The notes beneath the pieces were generated by a model. That model was not told the DNA's origin, did no database searches, and was given only the letters and a program-made list of their open reading frames with translations. The translations under genes and the position numbers were made by a program. From contig NC_083284.1 of assembly GCF_963506605.1 (NCBI RefSeq), forward strand, positions 124,001 to 188,000: 64,000 nt of DNA, written 5' to 3'. This document shows, piece by piece, positions 13,201 to 25,481 of this stretch; within the stretch, counting starts at the first letter, position 1; each line of letters opens with the position of its first letter. This DNA comes from Zootoca vivipara (taxonomy: Eukaryota).

Positions 13201-15462
13201 CTCTCCCACCCCACCCCACCCTACCCCCATTTAAAGGCTAGCCTAATATTGGGGTGGAGATTGGAGGAAGAGGTGGAGGCTGGAGGTAGCTCCAGTTCAG
13301 AGTCAGTGGAGAGTCCGTGTCAGGACTTCGCAATCTCCAAACACTGGACGAAAGGGAGCTGGCAATACAATTCACTGGGATTTCCCTTTTTTTCTTTTAA
13401 GGGCAATTTCACTCGCTCCCCCCCTCCTTTCCCCCTGTCTCTCTTCCTTTCTCTCCCCATTGCTTTCAGCACGACCAGCTTTGCTCTTGTTCACGGAGGA
13501 GCAGCAGCGTCGAGGAGATAAGAAAAGCAAGGGGTGGTGGAGAAGAGGAGAAGAATATATATGTCCCCGTCCCCCCCCAAGCTGCAGCACCGTTCACTTT
13601 TTCTCCCGGGCTCTCTGTGCCTCTGCATTCCAAGTCCGTCAGGTGGGCCGCCTGGAGCGCTCTTACCAGGAAGTAGACCCCACATAACACAGGGACTTAC
13701 TCCTGAGTAAACGTGCACAGGCTTAAGCCGGGCTCAGTCCCCAGAGCAGACCGTCCAGTCCTGCTCCGCCAACGAACAACACACGACTCTCAAGCTCTGA
13801 CGGACTGATTGGCTGAACTGAAGGAGGGAGGGAGCCAAATGCCTCGTGTCTCTGCGCTCCAAGTCCCAACAGCTGCCCGTGGGGCACATGCGCAGTAGCG
13901 CGGACACAGGGACTGGACGCAGAGACACAGGGACTTTATTATATAGGATTATTCTTAGAGGAATCTCCTGTTCTCACAGTGGCCAACCCGGTGCCCCCAT
14001 GGGAAAACCGTAAGCAGGACAGGGCTTTCTAGGTGGTGGCTCTCCTTCCCTAGGGAAGCCCGACGGGCTGCCTGCTTGCTGTCCCTCTGCTCTGTCCCAC
14101 CAGCTTTTAGAAATGCACTGTTTTGAATGGCAAAGCTGGCACAGGGAGCTTTCTCTCTCTCTTTTTTAAAAAAATATTTTTATTAATTTTTCAGAATACA
14201 GAAAAAGCAAAAAAGCACAAAAAAGCTTTACAGAAAAAACAAGAATAAAAAAGCAAGCAGCTAAAAAAAGAAAAATACAGAATAAAAAGGAGACATATAA
14301 CAGATTAGACTATATGAGGTGATTAAAATGAGTTAGAATTTGCTAAAGTAGATATGTGAGTAAGAACCACAGAGGAAGGGATCCCCGGGGGGGCGGGGGG
14401 GGTCCCACAACGGCAATGTAATTTTCACAGGGAGCTTTCTCTTGCTGGGACTCCCTGCTCTGCTCCTTCTTGCACCTTCATTCTACCCGTTTCCCCGCTT
14501 CTCATTGAATCATAGAGTTGGAAGAGACCACAAGGGCCATCCAGTCCAACCCCCTGTGAAGCAAGAAACACCACCAAAGCATTCTTGACATATGCCTGTC
14601 AAGCCTCTGCTTAAAGACCTCCAAAGAAGGAGACTCCACCACACTCCTTGGCAGCAAATTCCACTGCCGAACAGCTCTTACTGTCAGGAAGTTCTTCCTA
14701 ATGTTGAGGTAGAATCTTCTTTCTTGAAGTTTGAATCCATTGCTCCGTGTCCGCTTCTCTGGAGCAGCAGAAAACAATCTTTCTCCCTCCTCCATATGAC
14801 ATCCTTTGATATATTTGAACATGGCTATCATATCACCCCATAACCTTCTCTTCTCCAGGCTAAACATACCCAGCTCCCTAGGCCGTTCCTCATCTGAAGG
14901 CAGCCCTGTTCAGATAAGTTTTTAATGTGTGACATTTTAATGTATTTTAAATTTTTGTTGGAAGCCGCCCAGAGTGCGCTGGGAAAACCCAGCCAGATGG
15001 GCGGGGTACAGATAATAAATTATCACCATCATCATCCTCACTCCACGCAGCCGAGGCGCCCGAATGCCGGGGGGGGGGGGGCGGGAGGGAGTCCCGCCTG
15101 GCCCCCGGCGCCGCCCCTTCCCCGCCGGGCGCCGCCTACCTGCCCAGGATCTCGATGTAGACCAGCGCCGGCGCCGTCCGCTCCACCACGTCGGCGATGA
15201 AGTTGTAGGTGGCGCGCGGGGAGCCCGGCGAGGGCGAGGGGGGCGGCGAGGGCACGGCGGCGTGGAGCGGAGGGAGGCCCGGCCCCCGTAGCAGGAACCA
15301 GCCGCCCGCCAGCGCCCCCGCCGCCGCCGCCCATCGCCACCCGCTCCCGCGCCCAGGAGGACGCCTCTGCCCGCCGCCGCCGCCGCCGCCGCCCACCCCT
15401 CTCCGCAGCGCCAGCGCCGCCGCCGCCATCCAGCGCCGCGCCACCCCAGACGCCGCCGCCAT
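10250..15462 (-). CDS. HTRA2: Mitochondrial serine protease HTRA2/Omi, 8 exons, about 398 aa
   Basis: Exons (minus): 15140-15462, 12522-12726, 12010-12204, 11807-11839, 11103-11211, 10836-10905, 10565-10660, 10250-10415; total 1197 nt in frame. IAP-binding [12 protein letters not shown] trimer motif, catalytic TNAHVV, DIA and GNSGGP, C-terminal PDZ domain. Confidence 0.97.
12891..13948 (-). mobile_element. Non-autonomous Helitron in HTRA2 intron 1
   Basis: Minus strand starts TCCTATATAATAAAG and ends CTAG. Subterminal hairpin CCGTTA-AAA-TAACGG (12906-12920) lies 11 nt from the CTAG. Inserted between A and T with no TSD. Confidence 0.75.
14500..14893 (-). mobile_element. CR1 LINE 3' fragment
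   Basis: ORF2 C-terminus ([13 protein letters not shown]...[14 protein letters not shown]) plus CR1-type 3' tail. Confidence 0.9.
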
Positions 15463-15659
15463 GCTGCTCGGGGCCGCCCGCCCGCCTGCCTCGCGGGGCA
15501 CGCCGGGAAACGTAGTCCTGGGACGCGGCGGAAGGGGCGGGGCGGACGGTGACGCGCTTCCCTTCGGAGCGGGCGCGACCAAGATGGCAGCGGAGGCCCG
15601 TCCGGCCCAGGCCCGTCGCGCTTCCCGCTGAACGGCGCCTCTCGGAGCCCGCGGGCAGC
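15463..15659. promoter_or_regulatory. CpG-island bidirectional promoter shared by HTRA2 and AUP1
   Basis: Only 197 nt between the two ATGs. GGGAAACGTAGTC (ACTACnnTCCC ZNF143/THAP11-type, 15505-15517), GC box, GCGGAAG ETS-like site, AAGATGGC YY1-type site (15581-15588). Confidence 0.85.
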
Positions 15660-18600
15660 ATGGACGCCGCCGCCGCCGCCGCCGCCCCCGTGGCGCCCGA
15701 CCGGCTCTTCGACGCGCACCGGTGAGGAGGGGGGCTTCCCGGAGGGGGTCGGGGCCGGGTCTCTCCTCCCTCCCTCCCCGCTGACGGGCGCTGCTCCTTC
15801 CTTCCTTCCTTCCTTCCCGCAGGCTCCCCGGCGAGGGTCCGCGGGTGCTGCTGGCGCTGCTCCTCTACGCGCCGGTGGGGCTGGCGCTGCTGCTGCTGCG
15901 CCTCTTCATCGGCCTGCACGTCTTCCTGGTCAGCTGCGCGCTCCCGGACAGCGCCCCCCGCCGCTTCATCGTGCGCGTGATGTGCTCGGTGCTGGGCGTC
16001 CTGGTGCGCCAGGAGGAGCCCCGGCCGCGCAGCCTCCGCGCGCGCGTCTTCATCGCCAACCACGTCACCCACTTCGACCACAACGTCCTCAACCTGCTCA
16101 CGTCCTGCAACGCGGTGAGCGGGGAGGCAGGGGTTAAAGAAAGGGGGCGCGGGGAGGCAGAGCCAAGGCTCCCCCCTTGGCACGCTTCTCCCGGGATGGG
16201 CATAGGCATAGCTCTTGCAATTTCTCCTCTTGCTTCGAAGAGATGCAGGTCTTGTTAGTGCAGCTTTTGGCAAGGTAAGAAGCACCCGCTGGATCGAGCC
16301 CATGGCCCACCTAGTCCAGCATGCTGTTCTCCCGGGGACCCACCAGATGCCCCTTATAGGAAACCCACAAGCAGGATTTCAGCACAGGGGCCCTGGCCCT
16401 CCTCCGGTTTCTGGCAGCTGGCATCCAGAAGTACCGGTATTATTGCATCAGACCGTGAAAGCAGAGCAGAGTCATTGTGGTTAGCACATCGCAGTTGTCT
16501 CGTTCTCTTTAAAAACCATCAAGGTGGGTAGCCATCACTGGCTCCTGCAGGAGGGAGTTCCATAGTTTAACGATGGGCTGTATGAAGAACAACTTTATTA
16601 TTTGTCCTAAATTTTCCAGCTCTCAGCCTTGGATGTCCACCTTTGGGAGTTCACCTTAATGTAATAATCGTTGCCATTTCATAGAATCATAGAATCATAG
16701 AGTTGGAAGAGACCACAAGGGCCATCCAGTCCATCCCCCTGCCAAGCAGGAAACACCATCAAAGCATTCTTGACATATGGCTGTCAAGCCTCTGCTTAAA
16801 GACCTCCAAAGAAGGAGACTCCACCACACTCCTTGGTAGCAAATTCCACTGCCAAACAGCTCTTACTGTCAGGAAGTTCTTCCTAATGTTGAGGTGGAAT
16901 CTTCTTTCTTGAAGTTTGAATCCATTGCTCCGTGTCCACTTCTCTGGAGCAGCAGAAAACAATCTTTCTCCCTCCTCCATATGACATCCTTTCATATATT
17001 TGAACATGGTTATCATAACAAGCCATGTCCAGTCGCGAACGACTCTGGGGTTGCAGCGCTCATCTCGCTTTACTAGCCGAGGGAGCCAACATTTGTCCAC
17101 AGACAGTTTTTCTGGGTCTTGTGGCCGCTTCTAGCGAAACCAGAGCAGCGCATGGAAATGCTGTTTACCTTCCCTGTTTATCTACTTGCACTTTGACATG
17201 CTTTCGAACCGCTAGGTTGGCAGGAGCAAGGGACCGAGCAACGAGAGCTCACCCCGTCATGGGGATTCAAACTGCCGACCTTCCAATCAGCAAGCCCAAG
17301 GTTCAGTGGTTTACACCACAGCGCCACACGCGTCGTCGTCCCCCCAGGCCCTGTAGCTAATCCTAAACAGGTATAACTGAAACCCTGTGCCTCTCCTTCC
17401 TGCTTTCTCCCCTCTGTCAAGTTTTAAATGATAAGTGCCTTGGGACAGGGACCTGTACACTGCCAAGTGTCATTCATACTGATGGCACCATATAAACAAA
17501 CAATCAGAGAGTTTTAGAGTTGGAAGAGACCCCAAGGATATATAATTGTGAAATGCTCTCTCTAGGGATGTTCGGCTGGCACCTTCATTATACACCTTTC
17601 GGCGCCGGGTGAAAATGTTCCTCTTCAACCTTGGGCTGATTGACCTTTAAAATAGGTTGTGGAATTGGGGGGGGCAGAAGGCAATTTTAAGAAATAAGAA
17701 TAAATAATAATGGGTACAGTTTCATGCAGCACATAATTTAAACATTGGATTTAGCTCCCACAAGAGTTTGTGATGGCCACCAACTTGGATGGCTTTAAAA
17801 GTGGATGAGACAGATTCACAGCAGAGGAGGGGGCCCTAGCCCTGATGGCTTCCCCCTGCCTGTGGGGCAGAAGGTAGCTTATGCCCTTGTGTCCTGTTTA
17901 TGATCCCTGGGGGCTGGCTTCCCCAGGGCTGCAGGTGCCCCACCCCACCAGGGGAGAGCCAGGGGCTGCCGCCTGTCTCCTGCAGGCCCTGACGGATTCT
18001 CCTCCCAACCAACAGCCTGTGCTGAACGGCACCTCCGGGTTCATCTGCTGGTCCCGGGGCTTCCTGGAGGTTGGGGGTGCAGAGAGCCGAGCCGAGCTGC
18101 TGGAGTCCCTGAAGGCCTACTCCTCCCAGGGGGGCAACCCGCCCCTGCTGCTCTTCCCCGAGGAGACGACCACCAACGGCCGCGTGGGTCTCCTGCGCTT
18201 CAGGTGGGCAGAGCCTCCGGCCTGGTGCCAGGCACCCGAGAAGATTCCCCCGGGGTCAGGCCAAGGCCACGGGGGGAAGCCAGCCAACAGCGGGGTGGGG
18301 GGAGTCTCCTGCTGAGCGTTGCCCCACTGACTGCACCCTTCCCTCTCCAGCTCATGGCCCTTCTCCATCTTGGACAGTGTCCAGCCAGTGGCTCTGCAAG
18401 TCCAGAGGCCTTTTGTTGCTGTGGTGAGTGGGGGGGGCAGGGGGCTGTCTGTTTGCGGCCAGAAAGCGGGATCCTCGGGCACATCCCCCCCCCCAGCAAT
18501 GGGTGTTTGTGAGGGATTCTTCCTCCCCCATCCCAAGGGTCAGGGCCTGCACTTGCAGCAGCCCCCCCCCCAGCTTTTTACTGTTTTCTTTCTCTCCCCG

Positions 18601-21600
18601 CCCCCCAGAGTGTGGCTGACGCCTCCTGGGTGACGGAGCTGCTCTGGACGTTCTTTGTGCCCTTCACTGTTTATCAAGTAAGGTACTAAAAGTCTCTGCT
18701 ACTTCTTTGCATGGGGGAGGAGGGGGGGGACCTGGACAGAAGGAGAGGAGAGAGGCTTTCAGAGAGGAAGGGAAGGAAGCCTCTCTGCCCCTGAGCCCCC
18801 TCTCTCTGCCTCGTTTTGGGGAAGGGGGAGGCAGGTCACCTGGGTAGCCTGAGGCTCGTCCTCCCCTCTTCCCTTCCTTCCTCCCCAGGTGGCTCCCACC
18901 CATTGGCAGACTGGTTGAAGAAACCCGCGAGGAGTTTGCGCTGCGGGTTCAGGGGGTAGGTGCGGGGCCTCGGGGGCTTGGGGTGTGGTCTTGCACGCCT
19001 CTCGGCGGTGGGGTGGGAGGGGCTGCCTCTGTCCGCTCAGGCTGTGTCAGAGCCTGGATTGGGGGCTTCCCAGCCTGAGCCCTGGCCTGCGTCTCTCCTC
19101 CCTGTAGCTCCTGGCCCTGGAGCTGGGTGTGGTGTCGACTCGACTCACTGCTGCTGACAAAGCCGAGCACCTGAAGCGATTGCGCCACAGCCCCTCAGCC
19201 CCCTACAGCCCCCCAGGTGAGTGGGGTGGAAGCTGTTCGTCTCCTGCCTGGGCTCTGCCTGCTCCCAGCTCTCCCCTGGTGGGTGGCGAGGGTCTTGCCC
19301 ACTGTGCTTAGTAGTGGCTGGCAGGGAGGGAGGGAGGGAGGATCCAGGCCACCCCGGAGGCTGTGTCCCTCCCCCCAGGCCTCTGTGCCTCAGCCTCCCC
19401 CTTTCCCCTTGCTTGCCTTCCTTCCTTCCTCTCAGCTCCAAGCCAGCCTTTGGGGGCCCAGGACCGAGCTTTTCCCAGTGTCGCCTCCGCAGAGGATGTC
19501 CGCTGGAGTGGCATGGCCCAGCGTGTCAAAGAAGTCCTGCCCCACGTGCCCCTGGCAGTCATCCGCAAGGATCTAGGTGCGTGGGGGGGGGAAGAGGCTC
19601 CGGGCGGGGGGGGGGGGCAAAAGCATTTGAGTAAGAGCTTGAGGGTGGATTCTCATACCCAGAAGGGTTGGGGAGGGCAGCTTCCCCCCAGGGGCATAAG
19701 AAGGGGGGCAGATGGCCCCTGCCTCCCCCCAGCTGTAGAGCGGCCGAGGGCTTGCCGCTCACATTGCGTCCGTATGGGCTGCCTCTTGCACATTGACTGT
19801 AATAATAATAATAATATTTTATTTATACCCCGCCCATCTGGCTGGGTTTCCACAGCCACTCTGGGCGACTTCCAACAGAAATATTAAAATACAATAATTT
19901 ATTAAACATTAAAAGCTTCCCTAAACAGGGCTGCCTTAAGATGTCCTCTAAAGGTCTGGTACAGTAGTTGTTTTTCTCTTTGACATCTGATGGGAGGGCG
20001 TTCCACAGGGCGGGTGCCACTACTGAGAAGGCCCTCTGCCTGGTTCCCTGTAACTTGGCTTCTCGTAGCGAGGGAACCGCCAGAAGGCCCTCGGAGCTGG
20101 ACCTCAGCATCCGGGCAGAATGATGGAGGTGGAGACGCTCCTTTAGGTATACTGGACTGAGGCCGTTTAGGGCTTTAAAGGTCAGCACCAACACTTTGAA
20201 TTGTGCTCGGAAACGTACTGGGAGGCAACGTAGATCTTTCAAGATGGTGTTATGTGGTCTCGGTGGGCGCTCCCAGTCACCAGTCTAGCTGCCGCATTCT
20301 GGATTAGTTGTAGTTTCTGGGTCACCTTCAAAGGTAGCCCCAAGTAGAGCGCATTGCAGTAGTCTAATCGAGAGATAACTAGAGCATGCACCACTCTGGC
20401 CAGACAGCTGCCCTGGATACAGAATTAACCTGCACCTCCATGGACAGCTGTGAGTCCAAAATGACTCCCAGGCTGCGCACCTAGTCTTTCAGGGGCACAG
20501 TTACCCCATTCAGGACCAGGGAGCCCTCCACACCTGCCCGCCTCCTGTACCCCACAAACAGTGCTTCTGTCTTGTCAGGATTCAACCTCAATCTGTTAGC
20601 CACCATCCAACCTCCAGACACTCACACAGGACCTTCACCGCCTTCACTGGTTCTGATTTGAAAGAGAGGTAGAGCTGGGTATCATCCGCATACTGATGAA
20701 CACCCAGCCCAAACTCCTTTATGATCTCTCCCAGCGGCTGCATGTAGATGTTAAAAAGCATGGGGGAGAGGACAGAACCCTGAGGTACCCCACAAGTGAG
20801 AGCCCAGGGGTCTGAACACTCATCCCCCACCACCACTTTCTGAACACGGCCCAGGAGGAAGGAGCGGAACCACTGTATGACAGTGCCCCCAGCTCCCAAC
20901 CCCTCTAGACGGTCCAGAAGGATGTTATGGTCGATGGTGTCAAAAGCCGCTGAGAGATCCAGCAGAACAAGGAAACAGCCCTCACCTTTGTCCCTAGCCC
21001 GCCGGAGATCATCGACCAGTGCGACCAAGGCAGTTTCAGCCCCATGATGAGGCCTGAATCCCGACTGGAAGGGATCCAAATGGTCTGCTCCTTCCAGGCG
21101 TGCTTGGAGCTGTTCAACAACCACTCGCTCAAGCACCTTGCCCAAGAATGGAAGATTTGAGACTGGGCGATAGTTGGCCATATTGACCGCATCTAAAGAT
21201 GGTTTTTTAAGAAGCGGTTTAATAACTGCCTCTTTCTGTGGGTCTGGGAAGGCTCCCTCACCAAGAGAAGCATTTACCAACCTGTGAAGCCCATCGCCCA
21301 GCCCTTCCCGGCTCGCTTTTATTAGCCAGGATGGGCAAGGATCAAGGAGACAGGTGGTTGGTTTCACTCGTGCAAGCAGCCTGTCCACATCCTCGGAGGT
21401 AACAGATTGGAACTAATCCCACACAACTTGACTAGACAGGACTCTAGCACTCCCTCGCCCCGGCCCTGCTCCCACGGTGGAGTCTACCTCTTCCCAAATC
21501 TGAGTAACTTTATCTGCAAAAAAACTTTGCAAAATCATTGCAGGAGATCATGTGGCCCGTGCTGGGCCTCGATGGAGCAGGTGCTTCCGCTAAATTGCGA

Positions 21601-22562
21601 ACCACCTGAAAGAGTCTCCTGCTGCTGTTTTCTGCAGATGCAATAGAGGCGGTGAAGAAAATCTTCTTCGCCGCCACTACCGCCACTTGGTAGGCTCGAC
21701 ACTGAGCTCTAACCCGTGTCCGGTCAGCTTCAGAATGAGTTATCCGCCATAACTGTATGGGCTGCCACGCGTGCGCAGTCCGTACAGAGTGCACACTCGC
21801 AGGATGTCACACATGCGCAGGCTGCACCCAGGTGCTGGAGCGGGTTCCTCCGCCACTGCTTCCCCCCACTAGAAACACAAGAATTGTAGGGCTGGAAGGG
21901 TCCTAGTCCACTCCCTCCAATGCAGGCATCCCAACTGAGAGGACCACCCAGCCTGTGGTCCGTTCTAAGTCTGGCCTCTTTCTCTCTCTCTTCCAGCTCA
22001 GACGAATTGTGTGGATGCAACCATTGCCAATCTCCTGGAGGGGCGGGTTCCCTTCATCCCCAGCGAGGCGGAGGCGGAGGATTCCTCGGCTGCCCCGTCC
22101 GTCTCTGGCGCTCACTACCTCGCCTCTGCTCCCCTGACCACGGTATCCAACACCCCCCACCCCAAGGAGGAGGGAGGGAGCAGGCGCTGGGTGGGCCCAT
22201 GGGGGGGGGCTGAAGAGGGCCGGGGCTTCTCAAGGCTGAGCTGCCCCCTCCTCCCTCTCTCTGCAGGCCCCCATGAAGCTCTTTGCCCGGTCCCCAGAGG
22301 CAAGGCACGTCTCCCTCCAGGAGCGGAAGCGGCTGCTGTACGACTACGCCAGGAGGTGAGGCCAGGACCCTTTCCCTGCCGCAGAGGGAGCAAGGGGTGG
22401 ACCCTCCCCAGCAGCAGTCTTTCTCACACACCCCACAGCCCGTCCGGGCTTGCTGTGGCTGAGCTGCTCTGCGCCTCCATGTGCTGATGAGAGGCTCCCT
22501 CTTGCCTTCACAGGAGATTCATGGAGAAGCATGGGATGGCGCAGAAGGAGGGGAGCCACTGA
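15660..22562 (+). CDS. AUP1: Ancient ubiquitous protein 1 (lipid droplet/ERAD factor; acyltransferase-like, CUE and G2BR domains), 11 coding exons, about 429 aa
   Basis: Exons: 15660-15721, 15823-16114, 18016-18203, 18351-18423, 18609-18682, 18889-18955, 19108-19216, 19436-19576, 21997-22142, 22267-22355, 22514-22562; total 1290 nt in frame. Motifs [15 protein letters not shown] hairpin, NHVTHFD, LLLFPE, CUE (VKEVLPHVP...TIANLLE), G2BR (RHVSLQERK...YARRRF). AATAAA at 22857-22862. Confidence 0.96.
16680..17015 (-). mobile_element. CR1 LINE 3' fragment
   Basis: Same CR1 ORF2 C-terminus and (ATTCTATG)n tail as the other copies. Confidence 0.9.
17020..17333 (-). mobile_element. Sauria SINE (partial, internally deleted)
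   Basis: High similarity to the copies at 6956-7324 and 43375-43682. Confidence 0.8.
19797..21760 (-). mobile_element. L2-clade LINE, 5'-truncated and degenerate, in AUP1 intron 8
   Basis: RT ORF 20588-21388 ([40 protein letters not shown]); 3' end GGGCGGGGTATAAAT followed by an A/T-rich microsatellite tail. Confidence 0.88.
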
Positions 22563-23308
22563 GCAGCTGGGGTTTTTCTTGAGGACTGCTGGCTTGATCA
22601 ACTCTGGATCTTGGTGGAGGGTTGCTGCGGGCACTGCCGCCCTGCTGGACCCATGTGGGGTTGGCGGTGTGTCGGTGGCTGCCCTTGAGCGGTGTGCACT
22701 CACCCTGCCTGACGTCTCCGCAGGGCAAGAGGGAGGCTCCCGGCCCCCACCCCGCCCGCTGCAAGGCCCGGACTCCACATCGCCCTGCCGCACAGCCGGG
22801 GCCACCGACGGCCTCCCTCAGAGTGCGGGTGGGAGGGGGCAAGCTTTCACTATCAAAATAAACGTTACTCTAATTCTCATCCTCTCGGACGCGCCTTCCT
22901 TCGCTGCTGTTGACTCCTGCTTGAGAGGCAGCAGAAGCCCCACCAAGGGAGACACGATGGGTCCTTGTTCCGCCACCGCCAGGTGTGGCCAGGCTGCCTT
23001 GCCTCTTGGGAGTGTGCTGCCTGGGTGCCCTCTGGCTCTGCCCTCTGTGCCCTGGCTCCGGAGGGGGTGGGCCCCTGAGCCAGTCAGCTGGCAAGCTGAG
23101 CTGTTCTTGCATTTGGGGACAGCTGTCACCTGCCTTGAGCCAGGCTCCTCCTGTCCTGACCCAGCCTGAGCCACACCAAGCTCCATTCCAAGTGCTTTTC
23201 GGTGGCTGGTTTTTGTGTCCTCGCCGTCTTGAGTCTCTGGTTTCTGTTTCTGTGTGGTGAGAGTCTGCTTTAGCTTTGCGTACTTCACAGTGAAGCAGGT
23301 GCTGAAGA

Positions 23309-23496
23309 CAGTGGTACCGCGGTTTATGAACACAATTGGTTCCGGAAGTCTGTTCATAAACTGAAGCATTCATAAACTGAAGCGAATTTTCCCATTGAAA
23401 GTAATGGAAAGTGAATTAATCCGTTCCAGATGGGTCGGCGGGGTTTGTAAACCGAAAATTCGTAAACCGAGGTGTTCATTAACCGAGGTTCCACTG
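23309..23496. mobile_element. Tc1/mariner (Tigger-like) MITE
   Basis: Imperfect TIRs CAGTGGTACCGCGGTT and AACCGAGGTTCCACTG; TA follows the right end. Related sequence at 32270-32563. Confidence 0.7.
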
Positions 23497-24697
23497 TAGT
23501 GGGGTTGGGGTGATAGTAGTGTGTGTGGGGGGGGGGTGATTCTTGCATTGTGAGGGGTGGACTAGATGACCCATGGGCTCCCTTCCAATGCCTGGCGGCC
23601 TTTTCTAGCCCCCAGCGGTGTGGTGTTCCTTTAGCGGAATGGCTGCTTCTTTCCTTTGGTCTCCTTGCTGTGGCAGCCTTGCATAGCTCTGCCCTGAGCA
23701 GGTGCCCCAAAGCTCCTTGGAAACAAAAGCAGTGGGGGCGCCTTTGGATCCTTGAGTGAGGGCTGCGGGGGGCCAGCCCTTCTGCTCCCCCAAGAAAAGA
23801 AAGCCCGGCCACCTGCATGCTATTTTCCCTGAGAGGGGGGTCCAATAGACTCCACCTGAGCCTTGAAAATCACCTAGGAGTTGAAAGGGGAGGGGTTGTC
23901 ACTGTCCAATTGGCTGCCTGTACTTTGGACAAAGGGAACCTTCCTGACCACCTGGAGAGGGCAGCGGTTCCTGGGGGGAACCGGGTTCCAGGGGGAGGTC
24001 TTAGGCGACCCTGAGGGGGAATGGGGGGGGGTACTCTCCACACCTTCCAGAATCCAGTGGCTGCGAGTGTGGCAGGAGGAACTCTGGATCCTTGGTGCCT
24101 CTATTCTGGGCATCCTTTGATGAGCGCTTCCTGCGTTGGGGGGGGGTCCCCCTTCCAGTTCTCTGAATCAGTGGGGCAGCCTAAATTTGTTCAGGTTCCC
24201 CCCCCCCCCCGCCCCGCAGTCCTGGGCAAATGAAGCTGCGAGGAGGAGAGGGGCGAGGAAGGCTGCCCGGGAGGCGGGGGCGCGCGGCGCGCTCCGGAGG
24301 ATACTGCTCCCCGTCCTCGGATCCCTTCTCCGCTCGCGGGGTCGGCCCAGGTCAGCCTCCTCCTCCCGGGCGGGAGATGCGTGCAGCTCGGCATGTCTGG
24401 CTGCGCCCCTCCCGGCCGCGCGTTCATTCATGGAGCACGTAGCCGGCTACTCTTAAAGGGGCAACGGGGGGTGGGGGGGCGAGTTGCCTTCCTCCAGCTC
24501 CCTCCTTCCGTGGCTTCGGCGGCGCCCCGCTCTTTGAAAGAAATAGAGCAGGACTAGGACTTCTCTTAGAAGAGCATTAGCCTTTTTTGCTGCTGCATCA
24601 CACTGGACTCACGTTAAGCTTGTGGTCCACCAAGACCCCGAGATCCCTTTCACAGGTACTTGCTAGTAAGTAAGCCAGGGGTCCCCCCCCCCGTCCT

Positions 24698-24895
24698 CAG
24701 GGCCGGATTTAGGTTGGATGAGGCCCTCAGCTACTGGAGGTAATGGGGTCCTTTATATGTCCAGCTGTATTTTGTCAACAACAAATGGTCGCTGTTTTTT
24801 GTGTTGAATACAGTATGTTATGTAGTAATTTTGGCGCCCCAAGAGAGTGGGGCCCTAAGCTATAGCTTGTTAGCTTATACGTCAATCCGGCACTG
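24698..24895. mobile_element. hAT-type MITE inserted into a CR1 fragment
   Basis: TIRs CAGGGCCGGATT and AATCCGGCACTG; 8-bp TSD CCCGTCCT/GCCGTCCT (7 of 8 match). CR1 ORF2 sequence continues on both sides. Confidence 0.7.
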
Positions 24896-25401
24896 GCCGT
24901 CCTAAATTTGTGCATCTGGTTCTTCCTGCCTCAGTGCAGAACCTAGCATTTGTCCCTATTGGAATTCATTTTCTGAGCTTGTGCCCAGTTCTCCAATCTG
25001 TTACGGTCATTTTGCATTCTGATTGTAACTCCACGGTGTGATGTTCAGAAAGCCTTCCCCTTAGAATCCCAGAATTGTAGAGATGGAAGGCACCCCAAGG
25101 GCCATCTAGTCCAACCCCTGGCAATGCAGGCACCACTGCAAAAGCTCTTCCTGTCGAAAGATAGAATTTCCTTCCTGATCCTTTGAATCCAATGGTTCGG
25201 GACGGGTTCTCCCTTCCGGAGCAGCTGGGAAAGGAGCCGGCTCCGTCCTCCATAGGGCAGCCCTTGCACATGGGACGGTGCCCCTTCCCCTGTCTCTTGC
25301 CGATTGGGGTCCCCACCCCTCCCAGGAGCAGGCTGGCGTCGCCCTTTTAAGGCGCGAGGGTGCCCGGCGCTTCTGTTTACAGAAGGCAGCCGGCTGGGCG
25401 T

Positions 25402-25407
25402 CACGTG
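25402..25407 (+). promoter_or_regulatory. CACGTG E-box / hypoxia-response-element core in the BNIP3-like promoter
   Basis: GTCACGTGG about 75 nt upstream of the ATG at 25482, in a CpG-rich region. Confidence 0.5.
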
Positions 25408-25481
25408 GCCTCCAGCTGGCCGGCTGGCTAATGGGACGGGCACCTGCCTGGCACCGGGAGGGAGCCCCAGGCAGCGGAGCG

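Noticed and set aside
14937-16303. Long minus-strand ORFs (421 aa, 260 aa) over the HTRA2/AUP1 CpG island
   Set aside because: Low-complexity G/A/R/P translations from very GC-rich DNA overlapping real exons in other frames; no domain motifs.
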